Below, piece after piece: positions 18,507-28,348 of a stretch of 64,000 nucleotides of DNA. Within the stretch, counting starts at the first letter, position 1, and every line of letters starts with the position of its first letter. Source of the DNA: Longimicrobiales bacterium (GTDB taxonomy: Bacteria; Gemmatimonadota; Gemmatimonadetes; Longimicrobiales; RSA9); the NCBI GenBank assembly GCA_035461245.1, contig DATHVP010000030.1:19991-83990 (forward strand), in the 5' to 3' direction. A program made the position numbers and the translations under genes. Under the pieces are notes generated by a model. It saw only the letters and a program-made list of their open reading frames with translations. It did not search any database and was not told the DNA's origin.

Positions 18507-19484
18507 CTACAGTGCCGCCTCGCCCTCCGTCATTTCCGCAAACACGGGATGCGACAGGTAGCGCTCGCCGAAGTCGCAGATGATGGCGATGATGCGGCGG
18601 CCGCGCAGTTCGGGGCGCTGGGCGAGCTGCAGCGCGGCCCATGTGATGGAGCCGGACGAGATGCCGGCAAGGATGCCCTCCTCCCGTGCCAGTCGCCGCG
18701 TCGTCTCCATGGCAGCGTCATTGGTGACCTGAATCACCTCGTCGTAGATTTTCGTGTCGAGGATGGCGGGTACGAAGCCGGCGCCGATGCCCTGCTGCCT
18801 GTGGGGCGACGGCTCGCCCCCGGATAGCACCGGCGATTCCGCCGGTTCCACCGCAGCGATGTGCAGGTCCGGCAGCTTTTCCCTCAGGAACCGTCCCGTC
18901 CCGGTGATGGTGCCGCCCGTGCCGACGCCAGCCACGAGGACATCCAGCCGGCCGTCGCTGTCCGCCCAGATCTCCGGACCCGTGGTGCGGTAATGGATGG
19001 CCGGGTTCGCCGGGTTGTCGAACTGGCGGGGCATCCATGCCACGTTGCCCATCTCGGCGACCAGTTCCTCCGCCCGGGCGATGGCGCCCTTCATGCCCTT
19101 CGCTCCCTCGGTCAGGACCACGCGACAGCCGAGGGCGTGTAGCATGTGGCGGCGTTCCAGCGTCATGGTGTCAGGCATCGTGAAGATGCAGCGGAAGCCG
19201 TGCACCGCAGCCGCAAACGCCAGCCCGATGCCCGTATTGCCGCTGGTGGGCTCAACGATGGTCATGCCCGCCTTCAGCACGCCCCGCTCCATGGCGTCCT
19301 CGATCATGGCGTTCCCGATGCGGTCCTTTACCGAGTTGAACGGGTTGAACCCCTCATGCTTGAGGAGCACTTCGGCTCCGTCGTGGGGCGGCAGGCGGTT
19401 GAGGCGGATGAGCGGGGTGTCGCCGATGGCTGCGGCGAGGTTGGGGAATATTCGGCCTCTGGGCACGGGCTCTCCTCGGTTCAT
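18507..19484 (-). CDS. cysK: cysteine synthase (O-acetylserine sulfhydrylase)
   Basis: Motifs NPFNSVKDRIG, EPTSGNTGIGLA and GVGTGGTITG. Start moved to ATG at 19484 (MNRGEPV). The 79-aa upstream extension in the ORF track is Arg/Ala-rich read-through. Confidence 0.9.
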   Translation of the reverse strand: MNRGEPVPRGRIFPNLAAAIGDTPLIRLNRLPPHDGAEVLLKHEGFNPFNSVKDRIGNAMIEDAMERGVLKAGMTIVEPTSGNTGIGLAFAAAVHGFRCIFTMPDTMTLERRHMLHALGCRVVLTEGAKGMKGAIARAEELVAEMGNVAWMPRQFDNPANPAIHYRTTGPEIWADSDGRLDVLVAGVGTGGTITGTGRFLREKLPDLHIAAVEPAESPVLSGGEPSPHRQQGIGAGFVPAILDTKIYDEVIQVTNDAAMETTRRLAREEGILAGISSGSITWAALQLAQRPELRGRRIIAIICDFGERYLSHPVFAEMTEGEAAL

Positions 19485-19774
19485 GTGTGTGCTGTCCGGT
19501 CGAGCGCCGCACACGTCATGCCTCGCGAGCCCCGTCAGGACCGGCGGGCCCAGCCGGGAGCCGTTCGCACGAGTCGCGACAGTCCGCGCCACTGGAGTGA
19601 GCAGTCTGGTGACCCGCTCGGCCCCGCCCGCAGACCGCCGCCCGCGGGTTGGAACCGGGGCCGACGCGCGCACGTACTGAGTGGCAACGTAGCGGGTCAG
19701 GCCCGGAGCGCCTCCGCGCATGCCGACGCCGGGACCGGACGACGTTCAGCGAACACGAACATCCTGAGGGATAG

Positions 19775-20524
19775 ATGATTTCGATGACGAAGATCGGGAG
19801 CGCGGCGGCCTTTGCCGTGCTGATGGTGGCCGTGCCGGCAGCCTCGCCTGCAGCCGCGCAGGTCCAGGGCAACGCCGAGTGGCAGACGCCCCTCGTATAT
19901 GGTGGGATCCAGGTCGTCTATGCCCGTCCCACGGGCGAGTTCCGTGACTACGTCCGGCACGGCGGCGGGTTGAACGCGAACATGCTCTGGACGCCTGTGC
20001 GAAACGGGCCCCTGGGCCTGCGCGCCGACGGCGGATTCGTTGTCTACGGCTCCGAGCGCCACCGTGTGTGTTTCAGCGGTACGGTGGGGTGCCGGGTGCA
20101 GCTTGACCTGACGACTACCAACAGCATCGCCTACCTGAACGTCGGCCCCCAGCTCATGGTGCCGACGGGGCCCGTCCGACCGTACGCGAATGGCGCCGTC
20201 GGGTTCTCCTACTTCGCCACTACCTCCCAACTGCAGGGCAGCCGGGACAGCGAGGCATTCGCCAGCAGCACGAATTTCGATGACTTCACGTTCGCATGGC
20301 TCGCCGGCGGCGGTGTGCTCGTGCCCGTGAGCGCGGGGCGCAATGTGGTGATGCTGGACCTGGGCGCACGCTACCACAACAACGGCGAGGTCGAGTACCT
20401 GACCAGGGGCGACATCGTGGATAACCCCGACGGCAGCATCTCCTTCACACCGACCCGCAGCCAGGCCAATCTCTGGACCGTTCAGCTCGGGGTCACTGTC
20501 GGCGTCCGCTCCCAGCGTCGGTAG
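19775..20524 (+). CDS. hypothetical secreted beta-rich protein (possible small outer membrane barrel)
   Basis: GAGGGA RBS and a signal peptide (AAFAVLMVAVPAASPAAAQ). Alternating hydrophobic beta-strand pattern over 249 aa. Confidence 0.5.
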   Translation: MISMTKIGSAAAFAVLMVAVPAASPAAAQVQGNAEWQTPLVYGGIQVVYARPTGEFRDYVRHGGGLNANMLWTPVRNGPLGLRADGGFVVYGSERHRVCFSGTVGCRVQLDLTTTNSIAYLNVGPQLMVPTGPVRPYANGAVGFSYFATTSQLQGSRDSEAFASSTNFDDFTFAWLAGGGVLVPVSAGRNVVMLDLGARYHNNGEVEYLTRGDIVDNPDGSISFTPTRSQANLWTVQLGVTVGVRSQRR

Positions 20525-20544
20525 CGGACAGACGCAGCGGGCGG

Positions 20545-20604
20545 GGCGGACCAGCCAGGGCGGACCAGCCAGGGCGGACCAGCGCCAAGGCGGACCAGCG
20601 CCAG
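20545..20604. repeat. four tandem 14-16-nt repeats (GGCGGACCAGC[G]CCA[A]G)
   Basis: GGCGGACCAGCCAG x2, then GGCGGACCAGCGCCAA and GGCGGACCAGCGCCAG, read directly from the sequence. Intergenic, upstream of the che operon. Confidence 0.8.
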
Positions 20605-20887
20605 GTTGTCGGTTATGCCCCGCCCGGACATGGATTCGCCCGGCAGCGACCGCCATTCTGGTACTCGCGCACTCGTCCGGCGGTGTGCCGGCCGGCAATC
20701 CTGACCCAGCCGCGTATCCAACGTCCTCCCAGTGTGAAACGCCGATGTGGATAAGGCATGGCAGGTCGCGCCATACCCGTCATCCTGGACCAGGTCCGCT
20801 GTAGGGGTTTGGCCCGGGCCCTCGTCTTGCGTACCTTGCGCCGGCATGCGGACGCCGCCGAGCGGCGTGGTTCCCAGTTCGCGATCG

Positions 20888-21418
20888 ATGACGCAGACAA
20901 CCGGTGGGGAAGACCTGAAGCTGCTCGTATTCGAGCTTGCCGGCGCGCGCTATGCCATGGAGCTGGCGAGCGTGAGGGAAGTGGTGCGTGCAGTCTTCAT
21001 CACGCCGCTGCCAGGAGCGCCGGCGGTGGTGGAGGGTGTCCTGTCGGTCCGCGGCGAACTTGTACCCGTGTACGACCTGCGCGCGCGGTTCCGACTGCCC
21101 GCCCGGCCGCTCCACCCCGACGATGTCATCGTCATGGCCTGGACCGGGGAGCGCCGCGTGGGTATCCGCTGTGAGCGTGCGGAACGCATTGTAGACGTTG
21201 CCCCGAGCGCCGTGCAGGCGGCGCCGGCGTTCCGTCATGGCCGCGATGATCGTATCGCTGGCGTTGTCAGTCTGGACGATGGTCTGGTCCTGATCCAGGA
21301 TCTGCCCGCCTTCCTGGACGCCGCCGAGAAGGTTGCCCTGGATGCGGCCCTCGATGCGGCGCCCGACGCAGCTCGCGATGCGGCTCCCGCCCGCGGCTCG
21401 AAAGCGGATGGTCCATGA
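20888..21418 (+). CDS. cheW: CheW-like coupling protein 1
   Basis: LKLLVFELAGARYAMELASVREVV...GVLSVRGELVPVYDL is the CheW fold signature. Start set at ATG 20888; ATG 20846 or the track start 20747 are possible. Confidence 0.8.
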   Translation: MTQTTGGEDLKLLVFELAGARYAMELASVREVVRAVFITPLPGAPAVVEGVLSVRGELVPVYDLRARFRLPARPLHPDDVIVMAWTGERRVGIRCERAERIVDVAPSAVQAAPAFRHGRDDRIAGVVSLDDGLVLIQDLPAFLDAAEKVALDAALDAAPDAARDAAPARGSKADGP

Positions 21419-23037
21419 GCCACTGGAGTTCGCCGGAGATGCAGCAGGTCGCCGGGCTGGTCCGGGACGCCACCGGCCTCACGTTCCCGGCTGCGCGGGT
21501 GGCGGATGTGGAAGCGGCCATACGGCGGGCGATGCAGCGCCACGACATCGCGCGGCCCGGCGGCATCGCAACCCTGCTGAACAGCGACGACGCGGCCCGG
21601 GAGGAGCTGGTTGCGGACCTGACAATCGGCGAGACCTATTTCCAGCGGGACCCCGCCCAGTTCGATCTGTTGCGCACTCGCATCCTGCCGGAGCTGCTCC
21701 GCTCGCGGTCTGCCGACCGCCCGGTCCGCGTCTGGAGTGCGGGCTGCGCGTCAGGCGAGGAGCCGTACACGGTGGCCATGCTGTTCGATGAGCTCAACGC
21801 ACTGGACCGCTGCGCCATCACCGGCACGGACATCGCCCGGCGCCGGCTGGAGGACGCGCAGCGCGGCGTGTATTCCCGATGGTCCCTGCGCAATACGCCC
21901 GATGCCATCCGGCAGCGCTACTTCCGGGAGCGCGGTCGTTACTACGAGCTGATGCCGCGGCTGCGTGAGCATGTAAACTTCCGGTACCTGAACCTGGCCG
22001 AGGACCGGTTCCCATCGCTGAGCGTCGGGATCTGGGGCATGGACGTGATCCTCTGCCGCAACGTCCTCATCTACTTCGACCAGGAAACCGTCCGGCAGGT
22101 GGCAGAGCGCCTCATCGCCACCCTGAGCGAGGACGGCTGGCTGATCATGGGCGCGTCGGACCCGGCCCTTGGCGACCTCGTGGATTGCGACGTTGTGCTC
22201 ACGGACTCCGGCGTCGTCTACCGGCGTCCGGGCGCGGCGGGCGACGAGGCGGCTCAGCGGTTCTCGCGGCCCTCGTCCTTGCCGCCTGCGCCAGCGGACC
22301 ACGGGGCGTATGACGCCGGCGCGGATACTCCTCCCGCCACCGGCACGCCGGACGCCGCGGGACTCGATGAGGCGGCGGTGGAGCGGCTCTTCGGGCGGCT
22401 GAAGGAGAGCCTCGACGCGGCCGGGCCGGCCGGCCCGGGGTCGGCCAGCATGGATCCGGCCGGCGCCGGGTCCCGGAGCGCGGGGTCCCGGAACGCGGGG
22501 ACAGCCGGCGCGCGGCCGCCCGGCGCCGAGGGTCGGGACGGGCGGCACCAGCAGATGGCGGACGCGTACGCCCGGCAGGATTTCGACGACGTCGTCGCCA
22601 TGGCAGAGGTGAGTGACGCGAGCGACCTCTCGTGCGAGGAATGGGTGCTCTGGATCCGGGCGCTGGCCAACACGGGTTCGCTCGGGGACGCCGGGCACGT
22701 GGCTGCGCGTGCGCTGGAGGCGATAGGCCCTGTGGCGGAGCTGCTGTATCTGCACGGTGTCCTGCTGGTGCAGGCGGGGCGGCCGGCGGATGCGGCGGCA
22801 GCGCTTCGCCGGGCGCTGTACCTGGACCGGCAATTCGTGGTGGCGCACCTTACGCTGGCGGATGCGCAGCAGTCCGTGGGCAACACGGAGGGGGCCCGGC
22901 GCTCGCTGCGCAACGCGGCAGCGCTGCTGGAGGCCATGCCGGTGGAGGACACGGTGCGTGGCTCCGATGGCGAGAAGGCCGGCCGGCTGAAGGAACTGGT
23001 CCGCGTGAAGCTCCAATTGCTGACGGATGCAGCATAG
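21415..23037 (+). CDS. cheR: CheR methyltransferase with a low-complexity linker and a TPR-like C-terminal domain
   Basis: VRVWSAGCASGEEPYTVAMLF and ILCRNVLIYFD mark the SAM-dependent CheR core. A Pro/Ala/Gly-rich linker leads to a helical-repeat C-terminus (LYLHGVLLVQAGRPADAAAALRRALYLDRQFVVAHLTLA). ATGA overlap with cheW1. Confidence 0.85.
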   Translation: MSHWSSPEMQQVAGLVRDATGLTFPAARVADVEAAIRRAMQRHDIARPGGIATLLNSDDAAREELVADLTIGETYFQRDPAQFDLLRTRILPELLRSRSADRPVRVWSAGCASGEEPYTVAMLFDELNALDRCAITGTDIARRRLEDAQRGVYSRWSLRNTPDAIRQRYFRERGRYYELMPRLREHVNFRYLNLAEDRFPSLSVGIWGMDVILCRNVLIYFDQETVRQVAERLIATLSEDGWLIMGASDPALGDLVDCDVVLTDSGVVYRRPGAAGDEAAQRFSRPSSLPPAPADHGAYDAGADTPPATGTPDAAGLDEAAVERLFGRLKESLDAAGPAGPGSASMDPAGAGSRSAGSRNAGTAGARPPGAEGRDGRHQQMADAYARQDFDDVVAMAEVSDASDLSCEEWVLWIRALANTGSLGDAGHVAARALEAIGPVAELLYLHGVLLVQAGRPADAAAALRRALYLDRQFVVAHLTLADAQQSVGNTEGARRSLRNAAALLEAMPVEDTVRGSDGEKAGRLKELVRVKLQLLTDAA

Positions 23038-23067
23038 AATGACTACGGCGGAGCGGAGTGACGGCGC

Positions 23068-23643
23068 ATGACGAAGGCGCAGGAGGCCGGCGGGGCCGCC
23101 GGGGGCGTGGGACGCGAGCCGGCGGCGGAACACATGGAGGTGCTGCGACGGCGGGCGGCGGAACTCGCCCGTATGCCGGAGGCGGACGGCGAGGCAGATG
23201 GCTACGACGTCGTCCGCTTCCAGCTGGCCGGTGAGGAGTACGCACTCGCCGCCCACAGCGTGGTGCGCGTTCTCACGTTGCGGGAGATGACACCGCTGCC
23301 GGGCGCGGCCGAGCCGCTGTTCGGCGTGACGCAGTGGCGGGGCACGGTGCTGACCCTGCTGGACCTGCGACCACTGCTCGGCGTCAGTTCCCAGGGGCTG
23401 ACGGACCTGAGCAAGGTCGTGGTGCTGGACGGCGGGGATCGCCAGTTCGGGATCGTCGCGGACGACGTCAGCGACCTGGCGTTCCTGTCGCATCAGGACG
23501 TCCGGCCGCTGCCCGGTGACGATGGCGCAGAGGGTGAGTCGCTGCTGCGGGGCATCACGGACGACGGCGTGTTCATCATTGATACGGAGCAGTTGCTCCA
23601 GCGGTTCGGCAGAATACGTCGCCGACACCACGCAACGGGATGA
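23068..23643 (+). CDS. cheW: CheW-like coupling protein 2
   Basis: [22 protein letters not shown]...[15 protein letters not shown], 191 aa. Confidence 0.8.
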   Translation: MTKAQEAGGAAGGVGREPAAEHMEVLRRRAAELARMPEADGEADGYDVVRFQLAGEEYALAAHSVVRVLTLREMTPLPGAAEPLFGVTQWRGTVLTLLDLRPLLGVSSQGLTDLSKVVVLDGGDRQFGIVADDVSDLAFLSHQDVRPLPGDDGAEGESLLRGITDDGVFIIDTEQLLQRFGRIRRRHHATG

Positions 23644-23653
23644 GGAGGTTCAG

Positions 23654-25132
23654 GTGAACTGGACGGTAAGCCGCAGGATTATTTCCGGCTTCGCCATCGG
23701 AGCAGCGCTGGTACTGATCATGGCGATCGTGGGCGTCTGGGCGCTGCGCCAGACGTCGGGCGGCTATACGGAGGCCGTCCGCGCGGAGCGCGAGGTGCTG
23801 CTGCCGGCCGTGGACGTGCGCGGCTCGGTGCGACTGACCAACATCGCGTACCTGCGTTACATGGCGGACGGCGGCGCCGAGCACCGAGCCGGTATTGATT
23901 CCCATGCGGACATCACCCGCGAGGAAATCAGCCGAGTGCGCAACAGCGCGGACAACGCTGACGAGGCCGCCCTCTGGCAGGAAGCCAGCCAGCTGTTCGA
24001 GGACTGGTACGGCGCGGTGAACAGTATGCTGGTGGAATGGGATACCGGCGACCGCGAGCTGGCGCTGCAACAGCGGGCCGAGACGGTCCAGCCCATGCGC
24101 GAGCGGCTGGAGGCGCGCATCGACCAGGCCATTGCTACCGCACAGGCCCTGACGGACGTGACGGCCGCCGAGGCGGCGGACACCGCCCGCAATTCGGAAC
24201 GCGCGCTGGTCGTGGTGCTGCTGCTCACGATGCTCATCTTCATCATTACCGCGTACTTCCTGAACCAGGCCGTGGCGGCGCCGCTGCAGGAGACGTCAAA
24301 CGTGCTGGCTACCAGCGCGGCGGAGATCCTGGCCACCACCACGCAGCAGGCCAGCGGTGCGACGGAATCGCTGGCGGCAGTGACGCAGACGGCGGCGACG
24401 GTGGACCAGGTCGTACAGACGGCGGACCAGGCCACGGAGCGCGCGCGTACCGTGGCGCAATCGGCACAGCGCGCAGCGGAGATCAGCCGGCAGGGCCGCC
24501 AGGCGGTGGACACGTCGGTGGAAGTCATCGCCGAGGTCAGGGAGGAAGTGGACGCCATCGGCGAGCGCATCGTCCAGCTGGCGGACCAGGCGCAGGCCAT
24601 CGGCGAGATCATCTCCACGGTGAACGACCTGGCCGAACAGACGAACCTGCTGGCACTGAACGCGGCCATCGAGGCCGCCCGTGCGGGCGAGCACGGCCGT
24701 GGCTTTGCCGTCGTCGCGGGCGAGGTGAAGAACCTGGCGGAGCAGTCGAAGGCGGGCACGGCCCGGGTGCGCACCATCCTGGAGCAGATCCAGCGGGCAA
24801 CGACAGCGGCGGTGTCGGCCACGGAGCAGGGGAACCGGCGTGCAACGGACGCAGTCCGCCAGGTACGCGAAGCCGGCGAAACGATCCGCCAGCTGGCCGA
24901 CGCGGCCAGCACGGCGGCGCAGGCGGCGGCGCAGATCTCGGCGTCCGCCGGCCAGCAGTCCACGGGTATGTCGCAGATCCGCCAGGCCATCGGCAGCATC
25001 CAGCAGGCGGCGCAGCAGAACCTGGCGGCCACCCGGCAGGCGGAGGCCGCTGCACAGGAACTGAACCGGGTCGGTTCGCGGCTGCTGGACCTGGTGGGCA
25101 CCGAGGCCCGGCCCGTGACGGCTGGCAAGTGA
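23654..25132 (+). CDS. methyl-accepting chemotaxis protein (two TM helices, helical periplasmic domain of about 150 aa)
   Basis: GAGGAGG at 23642-23648 precedes an in-frame GTG at 23654. Conserved signalling tip [34 protein letters not shown]. The ORF-track start 23516 overlaps cheW2 and is rejected. Confidence 0.9.
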   Translation: MNWTVSRRIISGFAIGAALVLIMAIVGVWALRQTSGGYTEAVRAEREVLLPAVDVRGSVRLTNIAYLRYMADGGAEHRAGIDSHADITREEISRVRNSADNADEAALWQEASQLFEDWYGAVNSMLVEWDTGDRELALQQRAETVQPMRERLEARIDQAIATAQALTDVTAAEAADTARNSERALVVVLLLTMLIFIITAYFLNQAVAAPLQETSNVLATSAAEILATTTQQASGATESLAAVTQTAATVDQVVQTADQATERARTVAQSAQRAAEISRQGRQAVDTSVEVIAEVREEVDAIGERIVQLADQAQAIGEIISTVNDLAEQTNLLALNAAIEAARAGEHGRGFAVVAGEVKNLAEQSKAGTARVRTILEQIQRATTAAVSATEQGNRRATDAVRQVREAGETIRQLADAASTAAQAAAQISASAGQQSTGMSQIRQAIGSIQQAAQQNLAATRQAEAAAQELNRVGSRLLDLVGTEARPVTAGK

Positions 25133-25136
25133 CGGG

Positions 25137-27308
25137 ATGTCCCAGGACGACCTGACGGCCCGACTCCGCGCCACGTTCATCGACGAACTGGACGAACAGG
25201 TCCGGGAGCTGAACAACGCGCTGCTCCGGCTGGAGCAGCAGCCCGGCGACGCGGAGGCCGTACGCGTCCTGTTCCGTGCTGCCCATACGGTCAAGGGCGC
25301 CGCGCGCGTAGCCGGCGTGCCGCTGGTGGAGCACGCCTGTCACGCGCTGGAATCCGTCTTCGCCGCCGTGCGCGACAGGCAGCGCAGCCTGGACGACACG
25401 GACTTTGCGCTCTGCTTCGCCGTCGCCGACGCCCTCGCCGATGCCGGCGGGCGACTCCGCCAGGACGTGTCCCTGGACGATTCACCCCTGGCGACGCTCC
25501 TGCCGCGACTGCTGGAGGCCGCACAGGAGCCGCCGGCCGGTGAAGCCGCGGCGCCGTCGTCCCGTCGCGGTGCCGCGCCGGCCGCGGACCGGACATCGGC
25601 TGGCCCTGGTGGCGAGGACCCGCCCCGGTGGGAACCGGGTCCGGTCGGGTCCACCGAGGCAGGGGACGAGGCGGTGGCGGATGCGGATGCGGGAGGCACG
25701 ACGCCAGCGGGTGAAGCGACTGACGCACCCGCCGACGTGCGCCCCGCGTCCCGGGCGGCGGACGAGCAGGTCCGGGTCCGCGCCGACCGTCTGGACGACC
25801 TGCTGGATGCGGTGGGCGAACTCATCATCGCAACCGGCCGGTCACTGGCAGTGCACGGCCGGGATGATGAAGATGCCCGGCGCCTCGATGCGGCGACGTC
25901 GCTGATCAGCGACGTCGTACACAGCCTGCGACTGCGTCCCTTCGGCGACATCTGCGAGGCGCTGCCGCGGGCCGTGCGCGATGTGGCAGCGGCTGGCGGC
26001 AAGGAGGTGGCTCTCGAGATCAGTGGCGAGGACGTGGAGGCCGACCGCATGGTCATGGACGCCCTGCGCGAACCGCTGCTGCACCTCGTGCGCAATGCCG
26101 TGGATCACGGCATCGAGACGCCGACGGAACGGGAACAGCAGGGCAAACCGCGGGTGGGGCGCATTGCCGTCGGCGCGGAACTCGCCGGTGGACGCCTGGT
26201 CGTGACCGTTTCCGACGACGGCGGCGGGCTGGACGAGGAGGCCCTGAAGCGATCCCTGCAGGCCTCCGGCCGGCGTGTGCCCGAACGGCGCCGGGAACTT
26301 GCGGAGGAACTGCTCCTGGGCGGGATCACGACACGGACCGAGGCGACGTCGTTCTCGGGGCGGGGCGTGGGCATCGACCTGGTCCGCACCGCGGTGGAGC
26401 GCATCGGCGGTGCCATCGACGTGCGGTGGCAACGTGGCGCGGGGACGACGTTCCGCCTGGAATGCCCGCCGACGCCGGCCACGCTGCGGGCGCTGCTGTT
26501 CCGTATGGGGCCCCACACCATGGCCATCCCCACCACCCATGTGGAACGCCTGGTGCGCGTCCGCCCCGGTGACGTCCACCAGTCTGAAGGCCGGTCCCTC
26601 ATCACCCATGATGGTGGGGCGGTGCCCATCCACCACCTCGCGGCACTCCTCGGTCCGCCGCTGGAGGCCCGTGACCTGGATGAGACACGCACCGCCGTGC
26701 TGGTGTCCGCGGGACCCAGGCGCGCCGCCCTGGTGATAGACGAGGCGGTGGCGGAGGAGGAGATCGTTGTCCGTCCGCTGGAGGTAAACGATGACGACGT
26801 GCCCCACGCCAGCGGGGCGGCGGTCCTGGCCAGCGGCCAGGTGGCGCTGCTGGTGAGTGTAGCACCACTGCTGGCCGCTGCCGGCCGGGCGGGCACGGGG
26901 ATTGCCCCCGGTGGCGCGTCGCGGCGCCGGACCCCTCAGCGCAGGATCCTCGTCGCTGATGACTCCATCACGACCCGGACCCTGGAGCAGAGTGTACTCG
27001 AATCCGCGGGCTTTGCGGTGACGACAGCGGTGAACGGCGAGGATGCCTGGCAGCGACTGGAAGCCGATGGCGCCGACCTGCTCGTGGCGGACGTGGAGAT
27101 GCCCCGCATGGACGGTATTGCCCTCTGCCGCCGCATCCGTGCATCCAGCCGGTTCGCGGAACTGCCCATCGTCCTCGTTACGGGGCTTGGCTCCGCAGAG
27201 GACCGGGCACGGGGCCTGGAAGCCGGGGCCGACGCCTATATCGTGAAGTCGAGCTTCGACCAGGCGACCCTGCTGGAAACGGTGCAGCAGCTCATCGGTG
27301 ACGAATGA
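25137..27308 (+). CDS. cheA: CheA histidine kinase fused to a C-terminal receiver domain
   Basis: HPt (FRAAHTVKGAARVAG), N box (HLVRNAVDHGIE), G1 (DDGGGLD), G2 (GRGVGIDLV), a CheW-like domain, then REC (ILVADDSITTR...LLVADVEMPRMDG...AYIVKS). Confidence 0.9.
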   Translation: MSQDDLTARLRATFIDELDEQVRELNNALLRLEQQPGDAEAVRVLFRAAHTVKGAARVAGVPLVEHACHALESVFAAVRDRQRSLDDTDFALCFAVADALADAGGRLRQDVSLDDSPLATLLPRLLEAAQEPPAGEAAAPSSRRGAAPAADRTSAGPGGEDPPRWEPGPVGSTEAGDEAVADADAGGTTPAGEATDAPADVRPASRAADEQVRVRADRLDDLLDAVGELIIATGRSLAVHGRDDEDARRLDAATSLISDVVHSLRLRPFGDICEALPRAVRDVAAAGGKEVALEISGEDVEADRMVMDALREPLLHLVRNAVDHGIETPTEREQQGKPRVGRIAVGAELAGGRLVVTVSDDGGGLDEEALKRSLQASGRRVPERRRELAEELLLGGITTRTEATSFSGRGVGIDLVRTAVERIGGAIDVRWQRGAGTTFRLECPPTPATLRALLFRMGPHTMAIPTTHVERLVRVRPGDVHQSEGRSLITHDGGAVPIHHLAALLGPPLEARDLDETRTAVLVSAGPRRAALVIDEAVAEEEIVVRPLEVNDDDVPHASGAAVLASGQVALLVSVAPLLAAAGRAGTGIAPGGASRRRTPQRRILVADDSITTRTLEQSVLESAGFAVTTAVNGEDAWQRLEADGADLLVADVEMPRMDGIALCRRIRASSRFAELPIVLVTGLGSAEDRARGLEAGADAYIVKSSFDQATLLETVQQLIGDE

Positions 27309-28348
27309 TCCGCGTCGTCATCGCCGATGATTCGCCCACGGCGCGGCAGCTGCTCCGGGCCATCCTCGAGCAGGACGGGGACATCAGCATCATCGGGGAG
27401 GCGGCCGACGGCGTCGCGGCCGTGGACATGGTCGCCGAGCGCCAGCCCGACCTGGTTGTCATGGACGTGCACATGCCCTTGGCCGACGGCTTGCAGGCCA
27501 CGAAGGAGATCATGTTCAGGGCTCCGACGCCGATCCTCATCGTCTCGTCAGTGACCCAGCGCGACGTGGACCTGTCCCTCAGCGCCACGCAGGCCGGGGC
27601 CCTCATGGCTGTGCCCAAGCCGGACAGCCCGGCCGCTCCCGGTTTCGAGGACAGCGCCGAGGAATTCCGGCGGATGGTCCGGGCCATGGCCCAGGTGAAG
27701 GTCGTCCGGCGCTGGTCCGCCAGCTCGCCGGCGCCACAGCGCACCGTGCTCCGACGCCGCAAGGGCGACCCGGTGGAGCTGGTGGCCATGGCGGCCTCCA
27801 CCGGTGGCCCGGCCGCGCTCCGGCGCGTGCTGATGGACCTGCCCGTCACGTTTCCTGCGCCCGTCCTGCTGGTCCAGCACATCGCCCGGGACTTCACGGC
27901 CGGTTTTGCCGACTGGCTCAGCGCCAGTTGCTCCCTGAGCGTGCGGCTGGCCAGGCAGGGCGAGACACTCCAGCCCGGCGTGGTGTACGTGGCACCGGAC
28001 GACGTCCATCTCGGCGTGTCCGGCGATGGCCGGGTAAAGCTCGCCCGCACGGATCCTGTGGACGGCTTCAGGCCGTCGGCGACATATCTTTTCGAGAGTG
28101 CGGCGGCGGCGGCCGGCTCGCGCCTGGCGGCGGTGGTGCTCACGGGCATGGGCAGTGATGGCGCAGCGGGCCTGGAGGCCGCGCACCGTGCCGGCGCCTG
28201 CGTGATAGCGCAGGACGAGGCCTCGTCGGTAGTATTCGGGATGGCACAGGAGGCGGTACGCCGGGGCGCGGTGGACATGGTGGTGCCGGTGGAACTCATC
28301 GCGACGAGGCTCATGGAACTGGTGGCCCGGGAGGCGCATGTCGACTGA
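27305..28348 (+). CDS. cheB: CheB protein-glutamate methylesterase (REC plus esterase)
   Basis: REC (IRVVIADDSP...DLVVMDVHMP) and esterase (VAMAASTGGPAALRRVL, LTGMGSDGAAGL). ATGA overlap with cheA. Confidence 0.9.
   Translation: MIRVVIADDSPTARQLLRAILEQDGDISIIGEAADGVAAVDMVAERQPDLVVMDVHMPLADGLQATKEIMFRAPTPILIVSSVTQRDVDLSLSATQAGALMAVPKPDSPAAPGFEDSAEEFRRMVRAMAQVKVVRRWSASSPAPQRTVLRRRKGDPVELVAMAASTGGPAALRRVLMDLPVTFPAPVLLVQHIARDFTAGFADWLSASCSLSVRLARQGETLQPGVVYVAPDDVHLGVSGDGRVKLARTDPVDGFRPSATYLFESAAAAAGSRLAAVVLTGMGSDGAAGLEAAHRAGACVIAQDEASSVVFGMAQEAVRRGAVDMVVPVELIATRLMELVAREAHVD

Noticed and set aside
18369-18827. ORFs reading through the GTATGGGGAT repeats (for example MYGLWGWSMGIVYGDRVWG..., 18373-18561, 18212-18502(-), 18316-18642(-), and 37691-38494 with VYGTVYGTVYGTVYGLWGW)
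   Set aside because: The periodic peptides are just translations of the tandem DNA repeats. Outside the repeats these ORFs run antisense to cysK or the DUF5916 gene. The repeats have hairpin symmetry, which argues for a DNA- or RNA-level element.
18507-19721. Long N-terminal extensions given by the ORF track (cysK 404 aa; SBP to 31506; pfpI-like to 50814; M14 to 54962; SCO1 to 55739; nirK to 57540; SDR to 60246; MCP from 23516; second MrpD-like from 46059)
   Set aside because: The extensions are Arg/Ala/Pro/Gly-rich and precede obvious signal peptides or conserved N-termini. They often overlap the upstream gene. Internal ATG or GTG codons with RBS-like sequences or ATGA coupling give family-typical lengths.
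21751-23631. 626-aa ORF on the minus strand across cheR and cheW2
   Set aside because: It is antisense to genes with clear CheR and CheW motifs. It has no recognisable motifs and an Arg/Pro-rich composition, so it is a GC-driven shadow ORF.
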